A stretch of 64,000 nucleotides of DNA from NCBI RefSeq assembly GCF_902652985.1, contig NC_047028.1:21328001-21392000 (forward strand), read 5' to 3'. The DNA comes from Pecten maximus (lineage: Eukaryota). The notes under the pieces were generated by a model, which worked only from the letters and a program-made list of their open reading frames with translations, searched no databases and was not told the origin of the DNA. Both the position numbers and the translations under genes were made by a program. Of the stretch, positions 62,401 to 64,000 are shown one piece after another (within the stretch, counting starts at the first letter, position 1; each line of letters starts with the position of its first letter).

Positions 62401-63656
62401 AAAAGTATGAGTCTGGTCTTGAGTCTACGTGTTTGAAGTGTGGGCCAGTTGAGTTTGTCCATCATGTCTTGTACTGAACTTGTGTTGTGGTATCTGTTTT
62501 GTACGTATCGTGCTGCACTGCGTTGAATTTTTTCTATTTGATTGATTTGGTTTATGTTGTGCGGGTCCCATATATGGAAGAGCAGTATATATATTCTAGT
62601 TTGGGTCTCACTAGGGCTTTGTATACATGTTCTTTTATATGTTGTGAGTTTATTTTCAGGTTGCGTTTTAGGAAGCCCAGTGATCTGTTGGCGTTTGCAG
62701 TGATGTTATTGATGTGTGTATCCCATTTGAGGTTTTTCTGTAATGTGAGTCCTAAGTATTTGCTGGCATCGACTTGTTGCAGTGTGTGGTCGTGTAGTTT
62801 GTAGTTATATATGTTGTTTTGGTGCATTTGTTTGAGGTGGATATGATGTTGCATTTGTTTGGGTGGAATTTCATGAGCCAGTCTTGTTCCCACTGTCCTG
62901 CTGCGTTTATGTCTTGTTGTAATTTGTGTGCGTCGTCTATGTTGTGGATTGTCTTGTAGATGATGCTATCGTCGGCGAAGAGTCTGAGGGTGCTGTGTTT
63001 GATGTAGTCTGGTAGGTCGTTGATGTATATGAGGAAAAGTATGGGGCCCAAGCAGGTTCCTTGAGGTACTCCTGAGGTGACTTGGACTTTGTCCGATTGT
63101 TTCCCTTCAAGTAATACTGTTTGGGTGCGGTGTGTCAGAAAGTCTGTAATCCATGTGAGAGTGTTCCCTGTAATTCCGTAGTATTTGAGTTTGTACTGGA
63201 GGCGTTTGTGTGGGACTTTGTCAAATGCTTTGGCAAAGTCCATTATGACAATGTCTGTCTGTTTGTTTGTATTGTTATTTAGTGTTAGGTCGTGTATGAA
63301 TGTGGCGAGTTGTGTTTCACATGATCTTGAGGAGCTATAAAACTATACTTGTCCCTGTGGTTGTATAAAGCCAAACAGTAGCTTTCCATGGTTAAAAATC
63401 AGTAAAAATTGAATTCAAAACTTAGTCAAGTTCATTGCTTGAAAATGTGTACACGTATTAATCAGATAATATTAATAGTTGATGCGTATGAAAAATATGA
63501 ATTTAATGAAAGCTGTCATTTGACATAAAGTTACTATCTTACTTTAACAGCGGTTCCGCCTTTCTTCTCCTTTTCACCTCCACCACCTTCAGCTCCCTTT
63601 GAGCCCCCCTTTCCACCTTTTCCACCACCTCCTCCTCCCCCTTTATTCTTCGGCAT
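59437..63656 (-). CDS. PIN4: Peptidyl-prolyl cis-trans isomerase NIMA-interacting 4 (parvulin Par14), 130 aa
   Basis: Exons 63656-63543 ([16 protein letters not shown]...GGTAVK), 61530-61411 (VRHILCEK...YSEDKARQG), 59595-59437 ([23 protein letters not shown]...[18 protein letters not shown]). Confidence 0.97.
60445..60723 (+). mobile_element. Helentron-associated non-autonomous element (HINE/pearl-like)
   Basis: 5' ttattagtc...gagactata, degenerate GTCY microsatellite, aaggtcac motif, 3' short hairpin gtattgctttagcagtac ending in ttgtt. Confidence 0.55.
61979..63334 (-). mobile_element. 5'-truncated CR1-group LINE in PIN4 intron 1
   Basis: RT motifs [59 protein letters not shown] split over three frames; 3' UTR with short aag-rich tail. 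Confidence 0.92.
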
Positions 63657-63874
63657 GACAGTTTTTTAAAATAACAAAATTCAGGTAGTTTGTTTACGAT
63701 ACACACGTGTGCAATACCGGAAGTATAACACCGGAAGTAGTCTGTATCGGAGTATTTGATTGGTTAACATTTCAGGATCGAACCATTCATGAATCAGCTT
63801 TTATAATTATTTCGGTATTTCTCCAAATATGGCGGCGATGCACAACAAAGTGTGAGTTAAGAAACACACTAAAA
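63657..63874. promoter_or_regulatory. Bidirectional promoter PIN4 / GPALPP1
   Basis: 218 bp between divergent ATGs; two CCGGAAGT ETS sites (63717, 63731), ATTGG CCAAT box (~63759), YY1-like AATATGGCGGC (~63826), E-box CACGTG (~63704). Confidence 0.8.
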
Positions 63875-63911
63875 ATGTCAGACGAAGAATATGGACCAGC
63901 TCTTCCTCCGG
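63875..63911 (+). CDS. GPALPP1: First coding exon of probable GPALPP motifs-containing protein 1
   Basis: aaaaATG MSDEEYGPALPP(G) followed by a GT donor; the call rests on one GPALPP motif. Confidence 0.68.
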
Positions 63912-64000
63912 GTACATTTTCGATCATTGCATGATTTTATAGTGACTTCTCATTGAATTGCGTTATTCTAGAGATTAGACGTAACTGTTAAACCCAATTT

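Noticed and set aside
63657-63720. Par17-like N-terminal extension of PIN4
   Set aside because: In-frame TAA four codons upstream of the ATG.

Overview
AT-rich, intron-rich animal DNA, most likely a bivalve mollusc, judged from the tandem C1q-domain genes, V/Meta-type SINEs and Helentron-, Kolobok- and IS3EU-like elements. Genes reconstructed by hand from splice sites and reading phases: the 5' 18 coding exons of PSMD1/Rpn2 (-); two tandem secreted coiled-coil + C1q genes (+), the second frameshifted; a membrane-anchored protein with two Ig-like exons and a C-terminal chitin-binding (ChtBD2) exon (+); complete PPOX (+); complete PIN4/Par14 (-); and exon 1 of a probable GPALPP1 (+) sharing a compact bidirectional promoter with PIN4. 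Most notable observations: (1) a near full-length two-ORF APE-RT non-LTR retrotransposon in intron 1 of the first C1q gene, bracketed by 816-bp almost identical direct repeats that look like a giant target-site duplication, with two substituted catalytic Asp residues in its endonuclease; (2) a VCBP-like Ig-Ig-chitin-binding architecture in a mollusc; (3) a decayed tandem array of minimal hammerhead ribozymes in a C1q intron; (4) a ~4.1-kb 32-bp satellite with 704-bp higher-order repeats starting just after a stop codon; (5) DNA transposons inserted in a splice acceptor and just upstream of the PPOX start codon. All family assignments are by motif recognition only; no database searches were run.
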